From Eukaryota sp. GEM-RC1 (taxonomy: Eukaryota), in contig JAUFOQ010000001.1 in assembly GCA_040285855.1 (NCBI GenBank), positions 620,001-684,000 on the forward strand: a stretch of DNA of 64,000 nucleotides, given 5' to 3'. Position numbers and translations under genes: made by a program. The notes below the pieces were generated by a model that searched no databases, was not told where the DNA came from, and saw only the letters and a program-made list of their open reading frames with translations. Below are positions 40,802 through 54,578 of this stretch, one piece after another (the stretch's first letter is position 1; every line of letters begins with the position of its first letter).

Positions 40802-42238
40802 CATAGATGGGAAATACAACTTGATGCCTCTGTATTAATACAAATACAAATACAAATACAAATACGACGAATACAAATACACTATTTCTATCACGTGAGT
40901 GTATTTCAATTGTATTTCAGGTGGAAACATATGTGTTACTTTGATAAGACCATTTAAATAATCAACTATACAATGAAGTGGTATTGCGAAAAACTTTCTA
41001 CGTTTCTTCGTTTTCACGCCGAAAGTAGTTGAACTGTGGTTTTCCACTATAGAAACCACTAGCAGGGAACGCTAATAAGTATGTTATGAGAAACACGTGT
41101 TATAAGTGGCTTTAGTTTCATTTTGACCTAACCTTTTCTTGGTTACATAAACCTATCTTTGCTATAACTGGCATCAAGTACATATGTATTGGACTATTTC
41201 AGAGGTGCATCATTTATTGGCTGACATTATTTAAATATATATGATTTGAAGTCACACATTCAGCTGAGAGTACAATACATACAAAATTGTCCTGAAATGC
41301 AGCTGTTCATCGACATTAGGTTGTTCCTTATTTATCAATTGTTTCGATGTCACATTGCTGTCAGCCAAAGACAATAAAAAGTAAGGTAAAATAACAAGTA
41401 TCTCGACCGTACTTCGGTAAATCTTTCCATGAACCTATGACAGCGACATTACTGTGCAGTACAGCTGAACTGACCTTAGAAACCAATCGTCGTCCTTCTG
41501 TTAAGCCACAAAGTCTTTATAATCATCTGTATCTCCTTGAAAACCGTGAGTATTGGGACTTTACCTTTAGTTAAATACAGCGTTAACACAAGAAGAGATA
41601 AAGGCGATGATGGTGAAGTCGTAGACATTGATGTTGATGAGTTAAGTTTGTTTCAATTAGTATTGTTGTCTTACAAAATGGCATCACAACTAAGGTTCAT
41701 ATTTATTGCAAAATAAGGAATCTGAATAAATATGTATTTTCATCCAATCACAATATCATTTTTATTTAACTATTTATTAGTCCTCCCTGATAGAAACTGA
41801 CCAAAAATCAATATTATGATAGAGAGTGGGTCAACACTCAAGATAATTATGAATTAAAAAGTATAGAACTTCATCTACTGGTAGATTCAACTTCTAAGGT
41901 CTTGAGCTGTAAACATCATAGTGGGAGAGGATGCAAGTGTTTTTGAATCAGTAGAAGTCATAACATAATTGATGAATTGGACTCTCCTGTTCACACACAA
42001 CTTCACACTACAATTGTACGTACTTTTGCAGAAGAAACATTGTATTTGGTACTCAAACAGTATTTTTGTCACATGAATCTGCATTGAATATGCAAATAAT
42101 TAGAATGAATAAAACTAAATAAGAAATAATGATACTAAAAATACCAAAAAAATACAAATAATGGCTCTGTATTAATACAAATACAAATACAAAATACAAA
42201 ATACACAGAATACATGTATTCTGTATTTCCCATCTATG
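40802..42238. mobile_element. Non-autonomous hAT-type element (1437 bp) with a dimerisation-domain remnant
   Basis: TIR CATAGATGGGAAATAC, perfect TSD TTCATAAA, AAATAC repeats, internal AELTLETNRRPSVKPQSLYNHLYLLENREYW. Confidence 0.92.
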
Positions 42239-44783
42239 TTCATAAACATTTGCCTTACTTACTTTGCAAGATTTTTTTGTTCTACTAGATAACATCAGTG
42301 GTCTCAATTGCCGATCTACACTGAACTTAATCTTGCTCTGATTACTAGACTTGACTAAACATCCAGATCCAAGATTACATAATCTTCTGCATGAATTGAG
42401 TTCTCACTCTACAACCTAGAGTCTACTCTCCCATTACGGTTTCCCTACCCACTTTTTGTCGTGTCACTTTCGATTCCCGCCCTTACCATTGCAATACAGT
42501 TCTTAACATAAACTTTGTTGTTATTCTGTTTTCCATATTACATCATTACATACCTAATTTTCATGACACTTTCAACCAGGTCAACAGTTACAAGCGTCTG
42601 GATCCGTTACTTCGGTGTTTTGTTGGGAAGACCAGATCTATCGGACTTCATCCCATCAGTTCTCTGGTCTTTGATCATGACGAATGCATCGTTGATGATG
42701 ATGATGTACTGATCCATGAAGAAGAAGAGGAACTCCTTGACAGTGTTCTAAAGTTGTTTCTTGTTGATGGTCTTGATAAGGAAGATCTTCTTGTGAACAT
42801 CTCCCCTGCCGATGCCGGCATTTGAAGTTGTAGCCTTTCTCCTTTCCAATATTGGTACTTTCAGGTCCGTCCTTGACCTTTCTCGCTCTTATATCGCCCT
42901 CCTCGTTAGCACTAGTTCTCTCATTCTCTCCCTCAACCATTTAGCAGAGACCTGAGAGATTTTTGTTATTGGTTGTCATCACCAAATGATACACAATAGT
43001 CATAGTTTGTTGGTTTATTTATCATAAATGCTTGTCGTCTGCTGTTCTTGTCTGTACAAACAAAACCTCCGATTAAAGAAAAACTCCCGCCCAAAGGCTT
43101 GCTGTTCCGAGAAAATTTGGTATTTTTATCAGACAAGTTTATCTCAGATACAGATTTTGAGGTTGGGTACTTGACTTCAGTGAACGCTAACATGTGTTAA
43201 CACGTGTTAGGAATTTTCGCTGATTAATAAGTCACAAATATTTCTTACTATTTTCGGTCTGAATGATGTGAAAATTTCTTTTGTTGCTAAAAGAATGAAA
43301 TACGACGTTTTAGAAGTCCCCTACAGGTAGGTAGAGTATCGTAGGGATGAATGTGTAGAACAAATGAATTTAACGTTGAACAAGAAACCAGGAAAAAAAT
43401 CTTGTAATGCAAAGTTTTGCGCTTGTCACTTGATAAAAAACGTTTAAAACGTATTTTGGAAACAAACGATCTTTTTTATTATTGTCAACGGTTTTTGAAT
43501 GTCTCAATTTTCATGTCTCAATTTGACAACCGTTATTTCAAGGATGTTGTTTCTGACCAATCAAGACTGAAACAATATCAGAGTATTTGTTGGTGACACA
43601 AAAACTGGTACATTATATGTTCTTTGGTTCTGTTCCTGAGTGAAACAACATCTAAGTACACTCAAACAGTGTTCTTGTTGCATATACCTTGTTATCATCC
43701 CGTCTTGTCCACGGGATCATCGTTAGATGAGCACTGTACTTCATCTACGTGGTGTTTTTGTTCTCCTTACAATTTCCAAAGAAAACAGCTGTAATGACCG
43801 AACTATGTAAGGCTTGGTTGATGAAAAACGAATAAAAGTGAACAGTTCAAAAACTTGAACTACTCTTTTTGAAATTTAATAAATTTTACGTTGAACTCCT
43901 ACATCACACTTCTTGCTGCTAAAACTACCCTGATCTGTGACCAGCAACGCTTTCTTTGCCCCTTGAAGTTGTCTCGTCGAGCTAAACACGGTGTTTCAAG
44001 CGGTGTAAGGATGTACTGATATGTAGTTGAGTAATTCTAGTTTCAGATAGCATAGATTTATTGGTATTTACCACTATAGAAGATAAAGAAGTTAGCAACA
44101 CTGATGTGGGGTGTAGGAGTGGCAGAAAGAGAGGCAATTCTATAAGTTCACACCCCCTAACGTGTACACTTATAGAGAGGTGACTGTATTACTAACAACT
44201 TGCAAATGCATTGATCGTTCTGGTAGACTTGACTTGATCAAGATAAAAGTTCCGCTTTTACAAATGTTTTCACTGATATTTATAATGGTTTTGCTTCAGC
44301 TCTCATTATTCAAAATGTCTTTTACTCAAATCTATATTCGACAACTGTTTGTTTAATTTTAGAACTTATATGTATCAGTTGGACTGAAGATATGTTTTAC
44401 TATATTCAGATTACAACATGTCATAGTTAAACGCTGTTTCCTTTTCTCATAGATTTGGCGACCGGTTTGCTAGCATTCAAGAAGGGCTTTGCTGCCTTGT
44501 ACAGATGAAACATGATATCAATCAAACATGAGTTAATGCCGTGTTATGCAATTGTAACTCAGTTGGATGAAGGTATGATATAGCATTAGTGATGTCAATA
44601 ATATCTAAATAATTGTATGTGATAAATGCATAGTTTCAAATCTCAAATTTTGTGATGTGATTGTTGTGACTCACAAAATCATAAAGACATCAATTTGTGA
44701 CTTACAATTATAGATAAAAGTGAAAACGACTGTTGATCATCTGTCGAACTTTTTTGTCTATTGGAGTTACCAGAAGCAAACTG

Positions 44784-44813
44784 GAAATGAAATGAAATGA
44801 AATGAAATGAAAT
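44784..44813. repeat. (GAAAT)6 microsatellite
   Basis: Read directly from the sequence. Confidence 0.95.
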
Positions 44814-46329
44814 ACGGCGATTGTGAACATTCTAAAGCTGGTGATCTAATCATTCTGATGAAACTAACTGACACCTTGAAACCAAAGTTGAGGACTTAAA
44901 CGAAAAGATCTAGGAAAAAACTATAGTGGTCCATTTTTCGTTCATGTACCTTTTCAATTAGAACCATTGAAATCCTGTGATGACGTGAACAGTACTGGCT
45001 AAGTGTTTTGTATCATAGTGTATATTGTAATAAAGTGCTAGTTCTATACTGTATTGTGTACAAGTAATGTTGAGATGGTAAATCAAGGCTACATACATTG
45101 ACTCAGGGTAAATTCACCCCAATATGGTCCAGATATTCTATTTTTTCTAAAATGCACCAACGCACCACATATTATGTTCTTAATTTTAAACTAAACTGTA
45201 CGGATCAAATAAATGAAGATGGTTGTCATTACAATACGTTCATAGTATTTAATGTATTTGTTGCCAATAAACTACAGTAGCATTAATTAAACCTTCTAAC
45301 AAACTTTGTTTTATTCTCAAACACATTGTTCCCGAAAAGAACAATTGATTATGACAATGTTTTGGCTCAAGATGTCGTTGAAGCCAGGAACGCACAACAA
45401 TGGTGATCTTGGTTTGGCCGAGATGACATTGCTGCACTTCAAACTCTAGCAGCAAGAGTTTTGAACATTGTGAACACAGCATCTCCATGACCCTCCTCCT
45501 TATCCTGTAGACGTCACCGCACTTGCTCTTTTCAAGACTTAGCTTTGGTCTTTAATCGTGAAAACTGAATCTTTGCAACAATCATGAACTCGATGATGTT
45601 AAACTAGCACCGTTTGTTTCCTGTGATTTGCGCAAAAACTGCCATGCTAAGGTTGCTGAAGCATTTACGTGTTTATTCACAATATTCAAAGAAATAAGAT
45701 AGCTCCTGAAAAAGCAAACGATTTGGTTTTTGTATAAATGTATTCGAAGCCTTTGAAGAAACGCTTTCACGATGATGAGGGCTATTTAGCTCAGTCTGAG
45801 GAAATAAGGTGGAACTTGATGAAAGTACAGACAAATCAAAGCTTGAGACAAGGTCAAGGACATTTGCTAACCACTGTTGCAGCCTCTGTTCCCTTGTAAA
45901 GGTAATGTTGCTTGGATCAAGTTTGAAGCTCATTGTTGAACAAGTGCCAGATATACTAGACTCGCTTGAAGAAACTCAAATGATCGTACCTCTGCTTCCG
46001 AGTGTAATCCCTTACTCAGCAAGTATACGAGCTGCTCAGACTTTGACAGACAACGCTGAACTGGTTCGTCGAACTGCACATGTATTCGATTTGATGATGA
46101 ATGGCGATTCTCAGGAAGTTTTCGTTCACTCCATTAAGCCAGAACTGAATTACAGACATTGACAGAATTTCTGCACTTGAGATTGTCATGGCCTATTGAC
46201 TATGAGTGACTTCTTTAGTGATTTCTGAGTGGACTAAGTGGTGTCCTAGTTAACATGGATTCTACATCTAGAACAATACAAGTTCAGAAATACAGAATCT
46301 ATAAACAAAAATCAAATTTCAAGATGTTC

Positions 46330-47107
46330 TAGAAATCCAAAAGTTAATATTTGAAGTAGATATGAAAAGAAAAAACATATTTGTGGATGTCTCCTATTGT
46401 ATTTAAAGAAACAATAATGATGAAAGTTTCTCTCACCATATAAACACAACGAATTAAGATAATAAAGTGATTAACAAAATTGACAGTAAAAAATGCAAAC
46501 TAATCAAAAACTTAATTAATATCATAAGTAGAAACATCAATCGAATAGATTTAATCAAAAACTCATTAGAAAACTTTAAAAATTGATTAACTACTGTAAC
46601 AATTGGAGAAACCGCCACTCAAAGTAACGATACTTCCAAGTGCTGGTAGTGACGTCACCAACTTGACTTTACTCTAAATAATTAAAAAAACAAGAAATTG
46701 TGATCAAGTTTCTCTCATCACCATCAACAGTCTGTACAGAAAATGTATTTAAGATCAGAAGATGCACTTCAAACCCAATCAATCCGAAGGTTATAACGCC
46801 GAAGCATTGAAAGGGTGTCGTGTGCGTTCTTCATCGATCCGAGACTAAGAGACTTACAATTTCAAACACTGTAAACAGCGTCTAAAAAGGTTTTTAATTT
46901 TATAATAAATGAATTGGTTCATTATAAAGGTTAAGTTATAGTGAAGCTCAACTTGCGTCAAGCAACACGCCGACAATGATCCATCCGCAGGTTCACCTAC
47001 GGATACCTTGTTACGACTTCTCCTTCCTCTAAAAAGTAAGATTCACCCAATTTTCCCACCAGACCTTGCTTTGCAGCTTGATCCAGCGAGTCCAAAGGTT
47101 TCACCTC

Positions 47108-47155
<48 letters not shown>

Positions 47156-48400
47156 GGTATTCAGTGCATGCTGATGACATGCACTTATAAGTAATTCCTC
47201 GTTCAAGACCCATAATTGCAAGGGTCTATCCCAGTCAAGACAGACATTCTTCATGAGAAATGAATTGCAGAGCGAAAGTTGCCAGGTTCAGGAACCATAA
47301 GCGGTAGATCTGCTACTTATGAGGAAAACCATTGAAACGATCTTAGTAAAGCGTTAGGTTGAGAGAGAGGAAGATGAAGAAGTGGAAGAAGTGGCAGCAT
47401 AAGTGATATTCAGAAGATGTTGTTGATGTAACTCAACTAGGAGCGAACCTTGAGGGAGAACAAGTGGCAACTGAAGCATGAGTAGTAACAAGAGGAGAAG
47501 GGTTCGCGGATCGCGTATCATTGTAAGAAACAACTGGGTAGACGAGAAGTACGGAGAAGGAAGGATCGAAACAATACGCGGACCAAACAGTGGCAACGGA
47601 GTGATATGAACAAGAGGGGGCGATGAAGGAGATGATATACAGATTCAAGAACAACAGAGACTCAGGGAATAAACATGATTCGACGTCAGAGAGCAGCAAA
47701 CGTTGATGTTGGTACATATGTGGAGATGTCTTTCATGTGTACAGACTTCTACTCTTGATCTAATCCCTTCGATAAGTGACGTCTTTTCGTCCCAGTTGAT
47801 CTACATCATCCGTTCTCTTGTTCTCTCTTTGTCCTCACTTGAAGTATCACTCACTCTTTACTTCTGAACCTTCTTTCCATTGTATCTTTACGTCTTTTAC
47901 AACCTTTCCAACTGTTCCTTCTAGTGGATGTTCTACTCAATGAATGTGTTCTTTCTTTGCCTTAAATTTTTTGCCCTCATCTTTCATGATTTGTCTCGTC
48001 ACAGCATCACGTGATCAATGATGACGTGTTGGATTTTTCTCGTACTGTCCAGTCTCCTGTTTGTCAACATCTCTCTGTTTTCCTTATATTAGATATGTTG
48101 GAGCTCGTGTAGGATTCTTTTATTGGAGGTCTTTGTTGATCATTTTCTAGTCCCATGTTTGTATGAATTTGGTCAATTTAGTTCATTCATTCGTTTGAAA
48201 TCTGACTAGTAGTTTGTCAATCTCAAATATCAAACCGCGATAATGAAAGTAAGTTTTATTATTTAATTCAAAAACAATAGCCATTTTCTACATTCTATAA
48301 TTGCTTTTACAATTCGGTTTTACTGTACTTAAAGATCATTATTGTAATCTCAACTCCACACTTCTAAAACTATTTACCTACTCTTCACATACTCTTTTTA
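46330..48400. repeat. Dispersed ~2-kb repeat, longest copy
   Basis: Matches 21680-23009 directly and 5800-7000 in inverted orientation. Confidence 0.85.
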
Positions 48401-48999
48401 TCTATGAGATCGATTTCCTACTAGATCTACCCCAACACATCAGCTAACTTGCCAGTTTTCTGTTGAAAACACGTTCTAACATGATGTGAATTTTTTAAAG
48501 CTTCAGAATCGCTACTCTTTGGGAAGTGAAGATGGTCACGATGAAAGTTTGAGATTTTCTGCGTATTTAGGAGCTTTTACAACGAATTTCTTAGCTAATC
48601 GAATGAGAAGTGCAAATTGCTTTAAATATTGAGTGCCGATCTGAGTTACAATCAGATTTACAGCGCGTGAAGCTAGGAGAGAGAATGCACTTGCTGCCTC
48701 AGAATTGAACTCAACTAAAATGGCATCGACATCAATTTCGGCGGACAGCTGGACTATGGACTCAAGTTGGAATTCGACGAGAAATGGCGAAAGGACTGTT
48801 GATAACTGGCATTAGGTTATAGGAGATTCATACATTCGTTGTCATTATACAATGAAGAGAGAAAAGGATTGTGCAGGGAAAATTCTTTTGTTCACCATGA
48901 TAGACATTGTTCTTGAGTTTCACTGAAGTTAAGTTTAAGTTTGTCTATTATTACTTAATCTAAAACTTTTGATTTGACCCCCCAAGAGAGGGGTCAAGT

Positions 49000-49799
49000 T
49001 TAGTTATAAACTTAGATGAATGGTGAACTTCTGAAAGTACTGCCCTACAGAGAGCACTTTTTGTCTAGAAAAGGAGTCACGTTTAGCAGTACCTGGTTCT
49101 GGGCAGACGTTTTCAACAATGTGTCTTGTCAAACCTTTGGAGAGATCACGTTATCGAACCAGGCGTTTACTTTGTTTGACATTCTTGTTAAATGATGGAG
49201 TAGGAGGTTTGTGAACTTGAGAAGGGAAGATGATGTACTCAGTATCATTAATGTATGAAGATAAGATGAAAAGTAGCGACATGAACATTGGTTAAGATAG
49301 TTTTAAAGCAGTTTTGCTTTAGGAGATAAGATAGAGATAAGAAATAGCAAAGTTGTGAGTTGAAATCAATATTAGCAATCATAATTGATTGGCTAGAAGC
49401 TTTAAGGATATGATTGCGTGACTCTGCAATGTTGGGCGAGGATCGGATTTTTTTCCTTCCTTCCTTCATTCTTTCCCAGAGACAGGAAAAGAGTTCTTTA
49501 GAGAACATGGGAATGGGAATGTATGAAGCTAGTTGGCAGGATGAGAGATGTATCTTGTATCCCCTACGAGATACAAATTTCTGACAATGAACACGTTTCA
49601 GTAATTCATTGTTGGTCAAAACAGTTGAGCAGATATTTTCGTGGTATGTACTCAAGTTGGCGATCAATTTTGATCGATTTTGGAAAAATCGGTCACATCC
49701 TTGAATAATACAGTGTACCCGTTTGGATTTGTTAGTTGATGTACCTTCTGTACGTTCAGAATCTTCTGTTTGTTGGGAATTCATATTTTCAGTTGGCAA
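49000..49799 (-). mobile_element. Probable CRE-type retrotransposon N-terminus with two decayed zinc fingers
   Basis: CIIQGCDRFFQNRSKLIANLSTYH and HCQKFVSRRGYKIHLSSC, then a frameshifted KRLVR*RDLSKGL resembling the pre-RT helix. Confidence 0.5.
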
Positions 49800-50979
49800 A
49801 AAGAGTGTCAGCCATGGACTTCAAGATCAGCCTGACGATTTTTCAAAACGACTTTTTTTATAACAACAAAACCGAACAGGAAACTCTCTATCTATTCCAA
49901 AAGATCGAAGTTCATTACTGGTACTCAACAATTTGTCTCACTTAAATCTACTACTTATTGAATTTGTTCACAATAGTATTTTTAAATTCAGCAACTACTC
50001 TAGCATCTAGTGGAAAACAGAGGTGTTTGGAGGTAAGAACTATATTTCAAAGTGTTCAGGCTCAAAATTGAACTGGGCGTGTGATCTATGATTGTCCATC
50101 AATAACAAGTACTTGACGTCATTGGGCAGTAGTCCGCTTTTCTATCAGACAGATGTTGGTCAAAATCTATCATCATCTCTTCAAATAACCACTGGTTTAC
50201 ACTTGGAATTGATCCTTGGTAATATTTATGTTATTAACAGTCAAAACGATTGACTTTTGTTCTATTTCTTTTGAATGATCTAGGGTCATTGACGATATTA
50301 ACTTATTGATGGTATTGAAGGAAATTCCGGTCAGTGCAAAAGCCAGACAAGCGTTCTTACCTAACTTAGAGTGAGCGTCTTCTTCTGGAAATAAATCGTT
50401 TCGTTTCGGCTGTAGTACAAGAAAGGACTGTTTTCACAGAGAAAGTCTCATTTCCTTTTTTGTGAGTGTGTTTTTCACTGGCCTTTTTGTCTTTGAGTTC
50501 TTCCAGGAATGAAGAAAGAGTTCTTTTGTATTACACCATGCAGAGCATGAAGGGAGATGCAGAAGTCCCCAACGAGCGAGAGCTCCACACTAGTATTTGT
50601 AGAATTCCATATTTGTAGAATTGGTATTGTTGGTGATTTTGACCATTCTTCAAATTACCTAGTTTATTGTTAATAATGTTAGTATGATCATTCGCAGGAG
50701 GCTTTAGTTTAGGAGACTCCTGATAGTGAGAGTAAAATGTCGAACTCATTGTGACAGTATACTTTCCTAACTTCTGAAATGATTTATCTCCACCTATTGG
50801 AGTTTGAACGGGATTATTTTAATTGACGCAGAAATGGATGGATCAAGGACAAACTTTTTTTTGTATGTTGTATGTGCTATAAAGGGCCAAAGGGCGAGTT
50901 TCATTTTAAGACTTTAGAACAAATACAGAAAACACAGATACAAGGTCACAACAATACCATTGCAAAAGTATAAACAGAT

Positions 50980-52425
50980 ACATGTATTTAGTCCGTTTTT
51001 GGGTTCCTATTTTGGCAATCCTTTGCAGATTGAGAATGTGCTCAAGAATTACCTTCAGAAAATCACAGTTCAATTGCAGGCTATACAAGATCTCAAGATC
51101 GATAACCACTTGGCTTTTTCAGTACTTTTGGTCTGTTTTGGATCGAAAATCAATCATCTTTTTAGATCTTTACCACCTGAGCTTTCTCTTGGTTTTGCTC
51201 GTGAGTTCAAGTCTTTGAGAACTCAATTTTTAGGGAATTTGGTTGAAATCAATAGTTCCAAAATTCCTTATCATGCCTTTTCAGTTCAAAATTTGGTGGT
51301 GTAGGTTTTTCAAGAGCCGCGTATCTATGTAAAAGTGCTTTCCCTGGTGGTATGAAGAACTTTCTTTTTGAGAGTAAGCTTCGGTTCGAAAATATTTTCG
51401 ATTCAGTTGTAGACGGCTGTTACGCTTTATTGAACTCTTTGGAGGAGTTAGTTCAAGGTTTGCCTATTGAAGTTTGGAACAAAAGTTTCCCGAAAAGTGT
51501 TTCCTCTATTCCTGATCGGTCAATTGAATTTCTACCTTTTGCTGTAGTTAAGTTACAGACTGCAACATTACTTGGGTTGGAAGACTTGGATTTTAGTAAA
51601 AGACTTAGTGTGACTAAGATTGATAATCCCGTCTTTGCAGCTTTTTTATGTGACATTCAACAGTGTTCTAGCTTCATCACTCAACAACCTAGACTCTTTG
51701 GTTTACATTTGAACAATGATGCTTGGAAGCAAAATATGCGTCTTCGATTAGGTTTATTCCCTAGTGGCTTGCTAAATAATTCAATCTGTGTTTGCGATAA
51801 CCGATCTACAGCCACGTTTCGTCATGTTGTTAGTTGCAAGAAATTTCTGCAATTTCGATCTGTTCTACATAACGCTGTTCGTGACGTTACTTATGAAATG
51901 TTCAAATCCTACAATTATAGTTGTAAAATTGAACCTCTTCTGAAACATTATAGTGACAATAACGTGTTTGATTCTCGGCGTGGTGACTTAATTGCTCCTT
52001 TCCTGGATTCATCTCAAGTTGTGGTTGATTTTACTACAGTTGACCCGTTTGCAAAGGTCTACCAAGACTCCATATTGAATGATTCGAATGGTCATCTGGA
52101 AAAAGCTGAACACCGAAAGTGTTCAAATTATGCGGATGCTTTGCAGAAGCTTAATGAAAATCTATATTCTAAGTTTTCATTTGTTCCATTTGCCATTTCA
52201 ATTTTTGGTAATATTGGTCCAGCCAGTTTAAAGTTTTTCAGTGATTTTAGTCTTTTATGTCGTTCTAATGGCAAGGTGTTTAATAGCGCTGTATGGATCA
52301 ATCGAATTATGTTCGCTCTTTACAGAAGCATTCCCAAATATCTACTAGTATGTTCTATTTATTCGAAGTTGCATAAGGACAATTCTCGTGTTGATGTGGA
52401 GAATTTGACTTCTTTCATTTTCTGA
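50980..52425 (+). mobile_element. 5'-truncated CRE-clade non-LTR retrotransposon: RT thumb plus CCHC finger and PD-(D/E)xK restriction-like endonuclease
   Basis: GSYFG, KINHLFRSLPP and FGGVG (after a frameshift), then RLRLGL, CVC..H..C, HNAVRD, EP, RGDL, DFT, EHRK..Y and FVPFAISIFGNIG. The RT palm is absent. Confidence 0.88.
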
Positions 52426-53089
52426 ATTAGTATGTATTAATTTATTGTTGCAAATAAACTCCTATAATAAGTATTTTCCAAGTATGTTATTAAGTATCAA
52501 CACTTTATACTGGGCAGACCCGTCTTTATTGATTGTTTGGCTGATTGCGACCTTTAGTAGTGCTTTCAAGGGGTCTGTTGAATAGACTTTTGGAAGGCAA
52601 AAGCCACCAAGATTCCTTAAAATTATATACGTACTGAAAGTTGTAAACGTGCAAGAAGAAAAGTCTTCAATAGTGAGATAGTGGGATTTACAATCCTGCT
52701 TTTGTTATTGACTTTTGATGTTTTTGTTAAGTTTTCTGTAAGGCATATTGAAGTTACTGATATGAGATAAATTCGAACAAATGTGATATGAACTTCCCAA
52801 CCTCAATCGTGGTTCATCAAGTATATGGCAATCATTGTTTCTATTTGAACAAATTCTTCTGGTGGACACACAGTTACACAATATAGAGCTTCTCTGTCTG
52901 ATGACAGTATCCAAGCACTTGTCAGTCTTAATTATTGGAGACGATTATTTGAAAAAGTAAAATAGCACTACTAATAGTTGTTTGTGATACTCAAGCAATG
53001 ATTTAATAAAGCTTTTCTAAAACCATTATTGGAAAAAATGTATTTTGATAGTATTCCAAAACTACAGTGTATATTCAATTAATAATATC

Positions 53090-53940
53090 CAGTCTTCCCT
53101 CGGTTTAGTGCCGCTGTTTGGACCGGTACTAAACCGAAGTCGGCACTAAATCGAGGGTTTGTTCCGTGCAGTGTGAACAGACGATGATGGATGTTTACTG
53201 TTATGTGAAATAAAAGCTATGACTGACGTGCATCTACTGATAATACCAGTGGGATACCATTGGCAATCAAGCAGGAGAGAAAGGGTTTCAAGTAAAAGGG
53301 AGTGACACATTGAGAAATTTGACATCATTCATGATGTTTTAGCGAACAACGAAGAGCTAGGAATGAAGTTTACCAGACAGCAAGTACATCCAAGATCACT
53401 GAAGAAGTATCAACCCAGAAACAGAAAGCTTGGAGAAGACAAAATCTCCTCCCAAAGAAAGAATTTGAAAGGAGAAATCAGATGAGAACGTTGTGTAGAA
53501 AGCGTTTGAAGGATTGAAGACGGAGATAGACCTGCGAAATCCGTCAACGAAGAGGAAGAACACGTGGTTGTCTTCAAGACGAAGGATATTCTAACCCCTG
53601 AACGGGTATATGGGCTCATTCAACGTTCTTGGTGCCTTCTTCCTCCAGCAAACGTCTCTAATAAAGTCGTCATCCAGTCACGTCGGAAAATGTTCTCGTT
53701 GAGTCCTAATTGTAAACACTCCCAATTCTTCCCTTATATATATCAAAACATAGGATGAGAACAGAAGAAGACATGTTGGTGTTGGGCTCCAAATGTGAAG
53801 TCAAAGACTAAAGAATGTAAGCGTGTTTATTGTACATATAGATAGATATGAGATCGATCGAGGACAGGTCGATAGAGAAGGAAAGATCGATCGACAAATG
53901 TTTGGAAGCGACAATTTGACACCAAACTGATGGAAGACTG
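53090..53940. mobile_element. Possible pogo/Tc1-type TIR element
   Basis: Imperfect 19-bp TIR CAGTCTTCCmTCrGTTTrG (16/19). TA is present only on the right flank. Confidence 0.45.
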
Positions 53941-54035
53941 TACCAGGCTTGACTGGGTTTGAACCTAAACCTTCTTTAACAAACCGAGCTGAACCTAAAC
54001 CTAAAACTTGAAAACCGGTGGGAATCTAAACCTTT

Positions 54036-54518
54036 TTAATATAACCAAACCACACCTCCACTAGGGAAATAGTGGATCTTGAACTGTTCATTTACAAAGA
54101 GATGAGCCTGATCACGTGACCACTTTGAACATTGGCTCAAAGATCCTCTATAACCATCTTCACACCGTCCAGGACATTTACATCTGTGTAGGGGGAAGAT
54201 GAGATCTGTATTAGCATCAACAATGGGAAGAATTGCTTCAGATAAGGATCGTTCAAAAGCTTCGGCGACACTGGTGCTATCGTCAGCATGAGGGGCGATA
54301 TAGACGTCACAGAGGCTACAGCCTCCACGAACGAAGTGGGCATGGGCGATGTAGGTACAGCGAGCATTGGGAGAAACATCGAGTTCTTTGGCGGTTTCTT
54401 GACAATATCAGTAACACTGGGCAGCGGTACCTCTAAAAGGATCACCACATCTACCTGGGCAACGGCAATCAGCCCAAACAATGGTCAGAACAAGAAGAAA
54501 TATCACGATAAGTTTCAT
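54036..54518 (-). pseudogene. Secreted cysteine-rich protein with two internal repeats and one in-frame TGA (not in the ORF track)
   Basis: MKLIVIFLLVLTIVWA signal peptide, then DCRCPGRCGDPFRGTAAQCY*YC and HRCKCPGRCEDGYRGSLSQCSKWS. TGA at 54408-54410. Confidence 0.8.
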
Positions 54519-54578
54519 GATTGAAGAGAAATAGGTAAGAGGAATATGACAACGTTGTCAAATCGATCTAAGTCCACT

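Noticed and set aside
36470..42307. Short ORFs with CIL/QIQI/SDRI repeats (36470, 38022, 38165, 40766, 40835, 42053)
   Set aside because: They are translations of hAT subterminal repeats.
48974..48997. Helitron 3' hairpin TTGACCCC...GGGGTCAA
   Set aside because: There is no CTRR terminus at the expected distance and no second copy.
54408..54410. Alternative genetic code or selenocysteine
   Set aside because: The TGA aligns with Lys rather than Cys or Trp, and the long ORFs elsewhere read normally with TGG for Trp.
54137..54524. ORF-track proteins 54137-54481(-), 54233-54436(+) and 54288-54524(+)
   Set aside because: These are shadow frames of the Cys-rich secreted gene, which has the signal peptide and internal repeat.
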